The notes under the pieces are model-generated. The model ran no database searches. It had not been told where the DNA came from and worked only from the letters and a program-made list of their open reading frames with translations. The position numbers and the translations under genes were made by a program. Below, one piece after another: positions 41,336 through 54,525 of a stretch of DNA of 64,000 bases. The stretch is from the NCBI RefSeq assembly GCF_006345805.1, contig NC_043002.1, forward strand, positions 105,648,001 through 105,712,000. Reading direction: 5' to 3'. The DNA comes from Octopus sinensis. Lineage: Eukaryota. Every line of letters begins with the position of its first letter. The stretch's first letter is position 1.

Positions 41336-41345
<10 letters not shown>
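39680..41345. repeat. Tandem duplication 2 x about 756 bp plus a third partial unit of about 180 bp
   Basis: CATGCAAGCTCTCAC at 39801 and 40557; the palindrome block occurs three times. Confidence 0.9.
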
Positions 41346-41384
<39 letters not shown>

Positions 41385-41413
41385 AATATATATATATATA
41401 CATATACACGCAT

Positions 41414-41450
<37 letters not shown>

Positions 41451-41451
<1 letters not shown>

Positions 41452-42676
41452 CAAAATAAGCAACAGAATATCAAGAGGTGATGCAATACGACCGTTTCAA
41501 GCAGCTTCCCTTAATTGTTTAATTGAACAATGCAATCATTACATCAATTAAAATGCAAGGCTGCGTGAATAAAGATAATTTTTAATCAGTTGGACACATT
41601 AATATAATTTTTCTCAAATTCTCTAATAGACCAAGAAGAGAGTTGATTATAACATACCCAATATAAAGTACAAATATTTGTGTATATTTGCATGTGTGCA
41701 CATAGTTAAATATGCGTATGTATCTGTGTACAACTTATTTTTCTGATTTTTTTCTGATTCTTAGATTATAATTAATATAAAGATAGCATGATTTATAGCC
41801 CCAGTATTCCATAAGTTAATACCCAGAGCAATCTTCATAAAAATCACCTTATAAGTAAATAATTAAGTACAGGAATGAATATTAAACTAATTCTATGTAA
41901 TCTTCCCTTTCTAATGTTGAAAATTGGCATATATACACATTTTATCTATTCTGGTTACAATATCATTTTTAGTAATATTAAACTTTTATATAACATAACA
42001 ATATGGTTTATATACAATCATCCATAGTACCCCATAATAATTTTCTCTGTATTAACATCATAGATTTTATTAGCCTCTTGCCCCTTTAACTGGTAATTAA
42101 CATCTTGATTTGGGGTCTTCCCCTACCCAGCCTCCTTTATAGAAAGTACTTATAAAAAATACTAAAATCCTGACAATATTTATAACCATACCCAACTATA
42201 AACTGTCAACTCATTCCTGCCCTCCTTTCTCAACAGACATTGTGTTCTAGCCTTAGATTTGGTAGTTGATAAAAAGAAGACTAATAAATTAAAAATGAAC
42301 CACAATCCTTTACAAGTTGTGGTCCCAACAAACTTCATACAGTTCTTAGACGTGTAGTATATTCTTAGCAATATTAATAGCAACAAGGAATCTTTCCCTC
42401 TTCTTGCTCTATTAGAGAAATTTAGTAAAATTATATTAATGTGTCCAACTGATTAAAAGTTCTATTTATTTATGCAGCTGAGGATAGCCCTGCATTTGAA
42501 TTGATGTAATGATTGCATTGTTCAATTAAATGGAGCCGCTTGAAACGGTCGTACTGCATCACTTCTTGATATCCTGTTGCTTATTTTGATTTTATTCACC
42601 TCACATTAAGTTGTACGGATAATACTGCACTGACTTGGTGCTTCAGCTTCAGTACCTATTTCAACTGAATCTCAAA
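41451..42676. mobile_element. Penelope-like remnant with inverted terminal repeats of about 200 bp carrying a hammerhead
   Basis: 41451-41645 is the diverged reverse complement of about 42390-42589; embedded in (TA)n; HHR core in the right arm. Confidence 0.65.
42472..42559 (+). ncRNA. Type I hammerhead motif with long stem II
   Basis: AUGCAG-CUGAGGA-[about 57-nt hairpin]-GAAA-CGGUC-GUA-CUGCAU; perfect 6-bp stem I; self-complementary ACGGUCGU stem III; U-U at the base of stem II is non-canonical. Confidence 0.65.
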
Positions 42677-42682
42677 TATATA

Positions 42683-42722
<40 letters not shown>

Positions 42723-42726
<4 letters not shown>

Positions 42727-43974
42727 GTCATCCCATAAGTTCTATCCGAATTTTGAATAAAGAAAACAAGTGATCAAATGTTATATTTAATTGAAATTTA
42801 ATCATCAATGTACTTTCCCTGATTATCTATGACTTCCTTCCATCTATTTACAAGCGTTTGAATCTCATCAATGTAAAACTCATTTGGTTTCAAAGCGAAG
42901 AACTCTGAAATGTCAGTTTTGACCTCCTTCTGGCTTGAGAAAGTTATGTCCCCCAAATGATTCTGTAAACTACGAAACAAATGGTAGTCTGAAGGAGCAA
43001 GGTCGGGAGAATAAGGTGGATGAGGATTTTTTTCCCAATCAAGCTCTTCGATCTTCTATGATGTGATCTTTGCAGTGTGGGGTCACGCATTGTCCAGATG
43101 AAACATCACTCCTTTTCGATTCACTAAAGCGGCTCTTTTTTCTTCAAAGCTTGGTTCAAACGCTCTAATTGCTGACAGTAGACTTGAGCATTGATTGTTG
43201 CAATAGGTGATAACAATTCAAAGTGAATTACTCCTATGCAATCCCACCAGATTGAGAGAAGAACCTTTTTCCCATGAAGATCCCTTCTCGGTTGTGGTTA
43301 AGCTTTTCCCTTTTACTAATCCACTGTTTACGACATTTAACATTTCGATAGAAGATCCATTTTTCATCACCAGTCACAAGTCTATCCAAAAAGGGTGAAA
43401 TGAGTTCACGAGAATGGAGAGAAGAGCAGATGTCAACTCGGGATTAGCGGTTGCTTTTGGGCAATTCCTGAGGCACCCATTTTCCAAGTTTAGGAACCTT
43501 TCCAAGTTGTTGAAGATGATGATGTGCAGTTGTATGGTTTGAACTAAGCTTTATTTTCAATTCTCCAAGTGATAATGCAAGATTTTCTTTAAGTAGCTTA
43601 TAATCAAACTCAACTGGACGTCCTGTTCAATCTTCATCTTCAAGGCTGAAATCTCCACTTCTAAATTTTGCAAGCCATCTTCTGCAAGTTCTTTCATTCA
43701 AGCATTCTTTCCCATAAACTGAGTGTGTGTTTCGAGTCACTACGGCTGTAGTTTCCTTTTTTTACTCAAATGCTGTTTGGATACTTCCATGTTAGAAAGG
43801 GTTTTAATCAATGAAATTTTAATTCTATTATTCTGTAAAATAATATTTAATTAGTTTAAATGTGCACAAATGCATAAAAATAATTTTTAATTCCATTAGA
43901 CATTCTAAAATACTATTAAATTTCATTCAATTTTAAAAAAGATAAAATCGAACAGAACTTATGGGATGACCTGA
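42723..43974 (-). mobile_element. Full-length decayed mariner transposon
   Basis: TIRs TCAGGTCATCCCATAAGTTCT with TA flanks; LVTGDEKWIFY, FHLDNA*PH, HPPYSPDLAPSDYHLFRSLQNHL. Confidence 0.93.
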
Positions 43975-44115
43975 TATATGTGTTTGCGTGTGTGTGTGTG
44001 TGTGTGTGTGTGCGTGTGTGTGTGTACATATATATACAGATATCTATCCATGTACATGTGAGTGTGTGCGTGCAAATGTGTGTTTATATTCGAATATATA
44101 TATATATATATATAG

Positions 44116-44154
<39 letters not shown>

Positions 44155-44156
44155 CG

Positions 44157-44187
<31 letters not shown>

Positions 44188-45162
44188 GTATATATATACG
44201 TATATATGTATATATATGTATATATATATACACGTATATATACATATATATATATACATATATATATACATATATATATATACACACACACACACATATG
44301 TATGTGTGTATATACATCTATACAAATGCATATATGAATAAGTGCATGGTCTCGCATATAAGGATACACACACACACACCACACACACACACATACAAAC
44401 ACACGAATACAGGTATATCAAATACCATGTGACATAACTTCTTGACTTATTAAAATTACCTCCGCCGCTAGAGAATATGCCATAATTACAGAAAGGCAGT
44501 TAAGACCAGCAGGGAAAGAGAGATAATCTCCGGAAATATCTCCGAAGATGATCTGTCATAAAGGTAAAAGAGAATTTTTTCTTATCTGGCGATAAGTCTT
44601 CGGTCTGGGTGACGTGTTTCTGCCTCAATATGCATCATCAGCACGACAATTTAACAGCCCTGTGTCCAGTAGGACTTACACATTTACAAACAAAAAAAAT
44701 GAAGACTTTTTTGGCATAGGTAATGTGTAATTGTTGGCAGTGGCATGTAATTTGTAGTGGCCTGTATTTCAACAACATAGACAAATACTGTTATATCAAA
44801 TAACATGCAACATAAATTCATGATTTATTAAAATTATTTAGAAGATGTGTCATAATTACTATATGGCAATTGAGACCATATGTATATCTCTCCTTATATG
44901 TGTGCGAGCGTGCATGCATTTGTTCATGTATATGTGTGTGTGTGTGTGGTGTGTGTGCGTGTGTGTATGTACGGGTGTGTGCATGTGTAGCTGTGCATAT
45001 ACCCACTACACACACACACACAAACACATATTTATAAATGTGTGTGTTTGTGTGTGTGTACATATACAAACACACACATTTACACAACACATACACACAT
45101 ACAGGCAGACAGACAGATAGACAGACAGACAGATAGATAGATAGATGGGTAGATTGGTAGAT

Positions 45163-45455
<293 letters not shown>

Positions 45456-45479
45456 TTTTTTTTTTTCTCCTTTCTTTTA

Positions 45480-47155
45480 TGTCTTTCATCGTTAGTTTCT
45501 GGTGCTATTTCCTACTTGCATAATAAACTTTAATCGTATTTGCGAGTGATTATCTTCCTTTCTAATAATGTTGGTTCCTCATTTTTGACAATATCTGGCT
45601 TTGTGAATTACATATCCTCAATGCTAAGTAATTAGGAGTTTCTGTTCTTTTCAATGTGAATACAAACCCATTCCCGACCTTCAGAAATAAGTATAACCCC
45701 TAAATATATATATTATTTTCTTGTGATTATGTCCATGGGTTGTAATTTTTGCTTCGGTGACATTTATTTCAATGAACTGAATAACTAAACCGGGTATTGT
45801 CACTACATTCCATTTCTTTACTCTTTTGTCCGCAGTAGTATTATAACTGCATTAATCTTTTAACATTAATCTGTGTGATAGCAAGCCTGATATATTTACA
45901 ATATTTAAATATTCAGGAATAATTTCAGAAAAAGAAAATCATCTTGATCTGAACATTTGAAAGGACTAAACATTACTGTTTCATCTCCTGGAAACTACTT
46001 CGATGTCGCCACGTAATTGTTGGGGTTTGTATTGTTGTTGTTGTTTTTTAAGTGAAACAACTTTACTTTTTATTTAATTATTTATTTTTTCTGTATCAGT
46101 ATTGCATTCGTGTATTGAAATACGAGGTCTGATATGGCATGAACAACGTTACATCCTTGAGTACAGAGTCGTACATCTGATAGAATGGCATAAAGTTAAA
46201 TTTTTGCGGATTTTGCTCTTCTGAATTACTTGAATATGATTTTAGTTGCTTGTCACAGTCAGTTCATCATGATGAATTATTAAAACTCATGTCGACAGTC
46301 TGTGTTCTGTTGTTACGTTTGGTTACTGCTGATATATGCTAAATACCAAGCAAAATATGATGTGTTCAAACCTCAGATCATTAGCTTTCATAAGATTTCT
46401 CGATCCAATCCGACTACATAGAAACTATAAGATATAGGTAACTCATCCCAAATCATTTTAACTCGAATGATATAAACGCCAGTTTCATTTCGTCTTAAGA
46501 CAGTACATGTAGCACCATAAACTCAATTGTATGGAAGGCCTAACGGTGAATATTTTTATCTTTTTACGAGAAGTAAAACAGCTAAAACAAATAAGACTTG
46601 CAATCCATCTTTAGTGAAATATACTAAAATAACACTGAAATAATACTGAAATATTTTTTTCCGATAACGTAGATCCATCAACAAAAAATGTTAGATAATT
46701 CATTATAGATAAAGCATTCTTTGTTAATAAGAAATGGTTTGTTTTTTATCCTTTGTAAAGCTGCCCGCAGCGTCAAATTAATTTCTCTCTGTTTTCATCA
46801 AAAATATATAAGAGTTTGTTTATTTTTGTTAACACGTTGAAGTTATAGAAGAATTAATTCATATTCTGCGCAAATATCTATATTCGATATATATGCTGTC
46901 TTGGTGGACAATTATCCAAACGGGATCCATTTTTTAAAAAAACAATTTTAAATTTTGGCTTGCACTGACGAGCATAACAGATTCTTTTCATTAACCTAAA
47001 ATTCTTTTTCCAAATACGCTGAATAATTTCTCAGGTTCAGCAAGTCAACAGAAATGTTTCCATAATTTATTTAGTGATGTACAAATGTGGTCATCCATCA
47101 TTGTCTCATAACACTTCATTCAATGCCTATCATCTACTGAAGCCATTTTGATAGC
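45480..47155 (-). pseudogene. Helitron RepHel fossil: PIF1-like helicase domain
   Basis: Minus translation fragments KMIWDELP, IPEYLNIVNISGLLSHRLMLK, NAVIILLR, VFTLKRT, matching Helitron helicase motifs (IIWDE; PEYLN...SGLPPH.L.LK; F.FKRRQFP). Confidence 0.72.
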
Positions 47156-47160
47156 AACAA

Positions 47161-48375
47161 TTAGGTTGTTTCACATGAAATGTCGCATTTTTAATTACTT
47201 GTTATTTCAGTCATTTAATAACTCAATTATGTATACCTTGCATTTAATCTTGACTATTTTTCCTTCTCAACAATATTGGTCTACAAAATTCTTACCCACA
47301 GACCTCGTGAAAATGATAACGAAACTATGTTGAGTGATTTTCTCTTATGAGTACAAACTAAGTCACTCTGCCGCAGAAGCTCTACGGAATATCAAGCGGC
47401 CTTTGGTAATGGTTTTGTTGATATCAGAACTGTTCAGAGATAGTTCCAAAGCTCTCGTTGATGATAGCCTTGAAAATAAACCAAGGGATAGGCCAAAAGC
47501 AGTCATCCGGCATGATAGATTAAATGCTTTGGTTGAACGAAATCCGAGAACAAAGGTTCGAAAACTTTCATCAGATCTCCAAATATCTCACACAACTGTT
47601 TTTGGACACCTGTAAAGAATTGGAAAAGTCAAGAAAATGGATAGGTTTGTTCCATATCAACTGAACTAGATTCAAAAAACAGGCGCCTCGAAGTGTGCTC
47701 CTAATTGCTTTCTCGACTGGAAAAATACCTTTTTGCATCAAATCATTACTTGTGATGAAAAATGGATATTCTTTGAAAACAGCAGAACAGGACAGTGATT
47801 AGATGCAGGAGAGTCACCTAAAGACTGTCCAAAACCACCAATGGTCACTGTATGGTGGTCTGCGAAAGGGGGTTATTCATTATTCATCTTTGCAAAAAGG
47901 AAAAACGGTAACAGCAACATTGTATTGCCAGGAAATTGATTGTATGCATGAGAAATTGAAGAAGAAGTAACCCAGACTAGTGAATAGAGATGACCAACTT
48001 TGCTCCACGACAATGCACGTCCTCACACTCCACAAGCTACGGTCCAAAAGTTACAAAGCCTGAATTATGAGATTTTGCAACATCCTCCCTATTCCCCTGA
48101 TATCTTTCCTACTGATCATCACTTATTTAAGCATTTTGAGCTTATCATAATCAATAAAACATTCTTAAATAGAGAAGAGGTAATTGAAGCATTCGGACAG
48201 TTTATCACAACAAAAGATGAATTTATTTTTTAAGATGGAATATATGAGAGAAACGTTGGGTAAATGTTCTAAATGAACATGGATCATACTTTGATTAAAG
48301 AAATCAGTTGTCTAACACTTCTGAAACATTTTATTGTTACCTTTCAAATACAACATTTTATGTGAAACAACCTAA
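47161..48375 (+). mobile_element. Full-length decayed mariner inserted into the Helitron fossil
   Basis: TIRs TTAGGTTGTTTCACAT / ATGTGAAACAACCTAA; IITCDEKWIFF, LLHDNARPH, HPPYSPDIFPTDHHLF. Confidence 0.93.
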
Positions 48376-49000
48376 TACCTAGTACCACCGTTGCCAGTGA
48401 CGGTTCCCCCATCTTCAAATGATGTAACTTCAAGAATATGATACAATAAAGCTCTCAGATAGAAAGCTTTTTTATATTTGGAGGAAACTCGGTACAGTAG
48501 AGTTTGAGGTGTATTTTCTAGCAACACACATGTTCTTGTTTTTACACCATGTACAATTGGGATATCAGTATATAACAGACATTTTTCATGTGATCTGGAG
48601 AATGCAAACAAATTACGATTATGCTTCATCTATTCTGTTACGGCTGAGTTATTTTGCGATAATTTCTTCAGTTTTTTTTTTTTTTTGTTTTAGAAACAAA
48701 ACATAATGCCTGTTGTACGGGTGGATATGAACCTCACATTTTAAACCAAACCTCACAATATCTTACAGGACGCATCGACTATCAATATAATTTCCTTATT
48801 AATGTTTGTTCTCTTTTGCATTTTTCTTTTCTTTTCTTTCTTTTTTTTTGTTTTGAGTTGGCCATCGGTTTCTTTTTACTCCGTAATAGTCACTGCTATG
48901 CGATCGTGATATTCACAAATGTTAAACCATTAAACCAACGTATCATCCTCCACCATCAAATGGAAATAGTAATGAAAAGCATTGACGGATCATAATTTGG
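48376..49000 (-). pseudogene. Helitron RepHel fossil: region C-terminal to the Rep domain
   Basis: ORF 48372..48629 LLYTDIP...LYRVSSKYKKAFYLRALLYHILEVTSFED (Helitron FYLRLLL.HV.GPTSFEDL motif); NYIDSRCV upstream. Confidence 0.72.
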
Positions 49001-49533
49001 ATCAATAGACTTGATTCTTTGAAGTGAAGCCTCTCCTACAACACCACGTTTACGTAACGCAATAAGTCGTTCCGGTTGTAGGGTCTCCAACTTAGTATCT
49101 GCCGTAATTACCGCAAGTTTTTATATTATGTAAAATAATACATGTATGTAATTAAATGAAAAGAAACTATATTTACCTTTATGACTGAATAGCTGGCTTG
49201 CTAAAGAAATATGAATTCCACTTCATTTATGAAACTAAATATACGTAACTAAAATTAATTGGTTAATGAAAGTTTTTCAGTTCTAATGTAAACAATGTCG
49301 TATATCGCTCCAATGATGAAACTTAATTGCGATGTGTATGAAACATAAAAAGACGTTGAAATCGATAGCTTAATGAAAGTCATTTCAGCTTTGATGCAAA
49401 CAATGTGGTGTATCACGAGTGGATCCTATCTTTATTGAAATATTGATAAAGAAAATGATAGCTTAATGGAATTATTTCAACTTTGATAGAAACAATGTAA
49501 TGTGTCGCTTAACTGATTAAAAGGAACGGAAAC

Positions 49534-49588
<55 letters not shown>

Positions 49589-49715
49589 ATATATATATAT
49601 ATATGGAAATATATAAAGAATAATGTTATACGAATTGCAAATAAATACTAATTTAATTTGAATATAAATATAAATATATGTGTGCGTGTGCACGTGTGCG
49701 CGCGTGTGTATACTG

Positions 49716-49777
<62 letters not shown>

Positions 49778-49935
49778 GTGTGTGTGTGTGTGTGTGTGTG
49801 TGTGAGTGTGTATACACACATATATACAGAGAGAAAGACAGAGACCCGTACAAACACATACACGCACCACTAACACACACAAACATGGACACAGAAATAT
49901 ATCCTTTTTTTATTTTATATATATATATCGCGAGT

Positions 49936-50312
49936 GGGCGCAGACGTAGCTGCGTGATAAGAAATTTGCTTCCCAACTACACGGATTTGGGTCCTTCCCT
50001 CTGCGTGCCACCTTGAGTAAATATTTCCTACTATAGCCCCGAGTCAACCAACACCATAAGAGTGGATTTGGTAGACGGAAACTGAACGAAACCCCCTATG
50101 TGCGTGTGTATGTGCGTGTGTGTATGCATCGTGCGTGCGTACTTATGTGTGTGTTAGTCTGTGTTTGTATTTGTGTTTATCTCTCACCACCGCTTGACGA
50201 CTGGTGCCCGTTTATTTACGTTCCCATAACTTAGCGGTTCATCAAAAAGAACCGATAGAATAAGTAGAAATAAGTACAAGGGGCAATTCGTTCGACCAAG
50301 CCTGCAAATGGT
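49936..50312 (+). mobile_element. SINE family B, diverged
   Basis: GAGTGGATTTGGTAGACGGAAACTGAA and TAACTTAGCGGTTC...GACCGATAGAATAAGTA blocks. Confidence 0.72.
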
Positions 50313-50414
50313 GTGTGTGTGTGTGAGTGTGTGTGTGTGGTTGTGTTTACATGTATATAGATAGATAGAGAGATAGATAGATACACAGACAGACAAACAG
50401 ACAGACAGACAGGC

Positions 50415-50519
<105 letters not shown>

Positions 50520-50621
50520 TATGTGTATATACATACATACATATATTACATATATAGTATTATTACATTATAGTGTTATTACATATATAGTATTATATCT
50601 TAGTATTATATATATATATAT

Positions 50622-51752
50622 AGTACTGCCAATGGGGTCCAGCTTGTCAGGCAATAATATCTTTTCGCGAGGAGGTTGTTAAAATATATATGTCGAACAA
50701 TATCGATGAAGATATGGAGCATTCCAATAACTCCGGTTCCTTATTTCTGCTTGAATTTGAACTCAAACTCACAGAGAACCTATCCATCTCCTCAACGATA
50801 TACAGAAAAGTGGCATGCAGGGGCAGATTTATACATTACTTTTCATCCCAATCCTTCAGAGGTATGATGACCTACATTAGGAATGAGACCTACAGAACAG
50901 CAAATGTAGCAGGTCAGGAAGTAAAAAGCACTAACACCATACAGTTCTGAAATGACCTGATGGACAATGGTTATCCATACTATTTCACTAAACGCCAGGA
51001 CATCCCCAGACCATCTAACAAATCAACATATCCAAAGATGTGTTTTTTTTTTAATGACTTCGGCAATCCCCTAAAAAGAGGAACTGGGCGACTAACACAC
51101 TCAGTCCCTAACAAGCTAAGACCAAACAGCACCATATGTACATTGCCCAACTGCCCGGTCAAAGACGAAAATATATGCCTGCGGTCCGATGTGGCATACA
51201 AAATCACGTGTAGCAATATGATGAATTTGACAAGTTCACATACGGGTTAAAGAACACCTCTCGCTAATGGGTCTTCCGTCAGAAATGCTACGCCCAAGAC
51301 ATCCAGGTTTCCATTGAAACTAAAGAAGAAACATTGGGAACTTGCGGATAAAAGAAACCATTTTAATTGACAAACACAACCCACGAATCATTAGCAGATC
51401 CGAACTCCACGCAGCTGATTGGCTACTATAATAATGCAGAACAATCCTTCATAAATACACACTACCGAGCAGAAAAGTCAGCTAACACATTTTTCCATAG
51501 ATTTCCCGGAGAAGAGTTTTAACCCTAAAATATTCAAATACCAAGTAAAATTACTAACCATCAACCTATGATAACAATTTTTTCATAAATCGCGTTTTTT
51601 GGCTTAAAAAGATAATTAAGTACACTTCTATCTGTTTGTTTAACTATATTTATGTCTATATTTCATACGTTATAATTGAAAGGATCCGATTTCCAGAACA
51701 CGGAATTGCTCGTTCCGATGAGCTACTAAACCGATCCTGGTTTTAAGTATCC
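50622..51752 (+). mobile_element. Penelope-like element fossil (RT + GIY-YIG)
   Basis: LPMGSSLSG, STIYRKVACRGRFIHYFSSQ, MDNGYP, C...NCP....ICLRSDVAYKITCS. Confidence 0.75.
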
Positions 51753-51754
51753 AT

Positions 51755-52173
51755 TCTCTCTTTTCTCTTTTCTCTTTTCCTTGTTTCAGTCATTTTGACT
51801 GCGGTCATGCTGGAGCACCGCCTTTAATCGAGCAACTCGACCCCGAGACTTGTTCTTTTGTAAGCCCAGTACTTATTCTATCGGTCTCTTTTGCCGAACC
51901 GCTAAGTAACGGGGGACATAAACACACCAGCATCGGTTGTCAAACAATGCTAGGGGGACAAACACAGACACACAAACATACACACACACATATATATATA
52001 TACATATATACGACGGGCTTCTTTCAGTTTCCGTCTACCAAATCCACTCACAAGGCTTTGGTCGGCCCGAGGCTATAGTAGAAGACACTTGCCCAAGGTG
52101 CCACGCAGTAGAACTGAACCCGGAACCATGTGGTTGGTAAGCAAGCTACTTACCACACAGCCACTCCTGCGCC
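51755..52173 (-). mobile_element. SINE family B, full length
   Basis: Reverse complement of 27854-28195 with an additional middle segment. Confidence 0.87.
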
Positions 52174-53430
52174 TGATTTTTTTTTTAATATAAAATGAAA
52201 GCTTGAAGAAAACGCATATCCTTATGTTCTTTCGTTTAAAAACTTCCGTGACTATCGCGTGCAAAAATAGCTGCTTCAGCTCACGCTTTTAATTCTATTT
52301 CTGGTCCTCGTGGAAGTGCGCGCGCGTGTGTTTGTGTATGTGTGTGAATGAGTGTAATTGGCAGAAATTACAAAATGACTGAACGTTTAGTGCTGACTAT
52401 GGAAAAGTCGGGAGAAAGAGTAGTCATAACTTGCCTAAATGACTGTGTGAACACACGCGAAGCTTCTCTATATATCTATAAATATATGTTCGAACATATA
52501 TGAAATAAGAAACAAAGGGATATATTTAGAGAACATATATAGAAATATATGGAAACGGGTGTATGTGTCGTTGTGCACATGAAACAGTTCTAAATTGAAT
52601 AACAAGTATGTCGGTGTTGGAAATATTAAATTAGTTTTTAAAAAATCGAATACAAATACTCAAATAACGAAGGCAAGAAAACTCTCACATAAACAAAAGC
52701 AGGCACGCACGCACACACTGACACACACACACCCACACACACACACACACACACAAACACTCACACAGCTAAAAGCACAGAGCACCATCACTAAAATTAA
52801 AATTACACACACGTATATACAAAGAGAGAGAGAGTTTATAGATTACATATACTAAAACATGGAAAAATTCATTATTGCATTTCGAGACAATCACACAGTG
52901 CACAGATTGAGAGCATTTTAGACACAGTAAATGCACAAGGGACACGCCATCGATAAAGACACAGTGTGAAAACGGACTTTAACAAACCAGTAAAATAACT
53001 AATTGATTAATTAATAACCTAATTTGGTAATTGATAATAAAAGAGAAAATGAAAAATAACCAACACATGGGTTTTATTTGCCGAATGACCTCTGCCTGTG
53101 CAACAATATATGTCCCAAACCACACATTCACATCAAAAATATTATAACTTTCATTTACAATCACACATTTGTATGTGCGCCGGTGCGCGCATACACACAC
53201 ACATACATATATATCACAAAGTCTGCTAAAACAACGTATACACACTTCAGGAAAAGAAAAACCCGTATAAATATAAATATTCAGTGATATTGCAATTTAT
53301 TCAGCTTCATCGCAAATTGATAAGTCATCGAAAGAAGTATCTATTTAAAGAGGTACTTATACAAGTTAAACATTCATACACATAATTTTACTTTTCCTGA
53401 AGTGTGTATACCTTTTTGGGGCGTACGCTG

Positions 53431-53485
<55 letters not shown>

Positions 53486-53489
53486 ATGT

Positions 53490-53523
<34 letters not shown>

Positions 53524-53552
53524 GTATGCATATATATGCGTGTGTGTGTGTG

Positions 53553-54360
53553 TGGGCCGATCAATAGGGATCGTGTATTACCAATATCATAGTGTAAAAA
53601 GGAGAAACAGATTAGGTTTATCCGTGGACAGAAAAGCCCACGGAAAAGACCACGGTAACTTCGAACAATAATGTTGTCATGCAAAAAAAAAACCATTACA
53701 GTGAGTGAATCCCTCTTTTCCAGTTCTCCGTTTGGAGGTCCGGACCAAACTAGACCCCGAGCAACTTTTCCCGGTTGATTTTCGCTCCTGTTACCGCTTC
53801 GTAGTCTTTCAAGGTCTCGCCAACCAGCTCGATGTGCTCCTAGCTAGACACTATGACGGTGACGTCGTCCGCGTATGCAGACACGCTCGGCGTATGCAGA
53901 CACGGCCCGGCACGGCGCACGTTTGCACCTTGTCGACCAGTTTCTCGATGACAAGTGCCAACCTCTTGGCTAACACCTTGGCCAAAATTTTCAAGTCTAC
54001 ATTTCAAGTATAAATTTTAAAGTCTATAGAGTGATGGGCCTAAAGTTATCTATAACGTCCCCCTTGTTCGGATCTTCTTTCAGTAGCGTTACGGATCCTC
54101 GGCTCACAAAGCCGGGGACGCTCCCGTTTTGCTGCCAAGATGTCTCCAAACAAGTCTGGCATACAACTGTAAAGCTCGTAGGGTAGACCATCGAAACCCG
54201 GCGATTTGTCCCTGGAGCATACTGCCATCGCGTCCCGCACTTCCGCTGCCGTGATGACACCTTCGTAGCACCCTGCCTCCCTTGTTGGGAGTCGTGGAAG
54301 GCTGTGCAGGTAGGCACTGAAGTCCACCTTGTCGGGTAAAATGCTGTTGAAAGGCCTCAC
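53553..54360 (-). mobile_element. Tx1/L1-clade LINE, internally deleted (RT pieces + 3' UTR)
   Basis: [66 protein letters not shown]; 3' end abuts (AC)n. Confidence 0.85.
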
Positions 54361-54383
54361 ACATTTTACATGTGTATGTAAAT

Positions 54384-54415
<32 letters not shown>

Positions 54416-54490
54416 ATATATACATATATATACATATATATACATATATCTATGTATATATATATATAAATACATATATATATACATACA

Positions 54491-54525
<35 letters not shown>

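Noticed and set aside
45480-47155. Host PIF1 helicase gene
   Set aside because: Many stops and frameshifts, no intron structure, and colinear with Helitron-specific upstream motifs
51708-51752. Hammerhead at the end of the Penelope fossil (CCGATGA + hairpin)
   Set aside because: Core is mutated and the GAAA half is missing where SINE B begins; suggestive only
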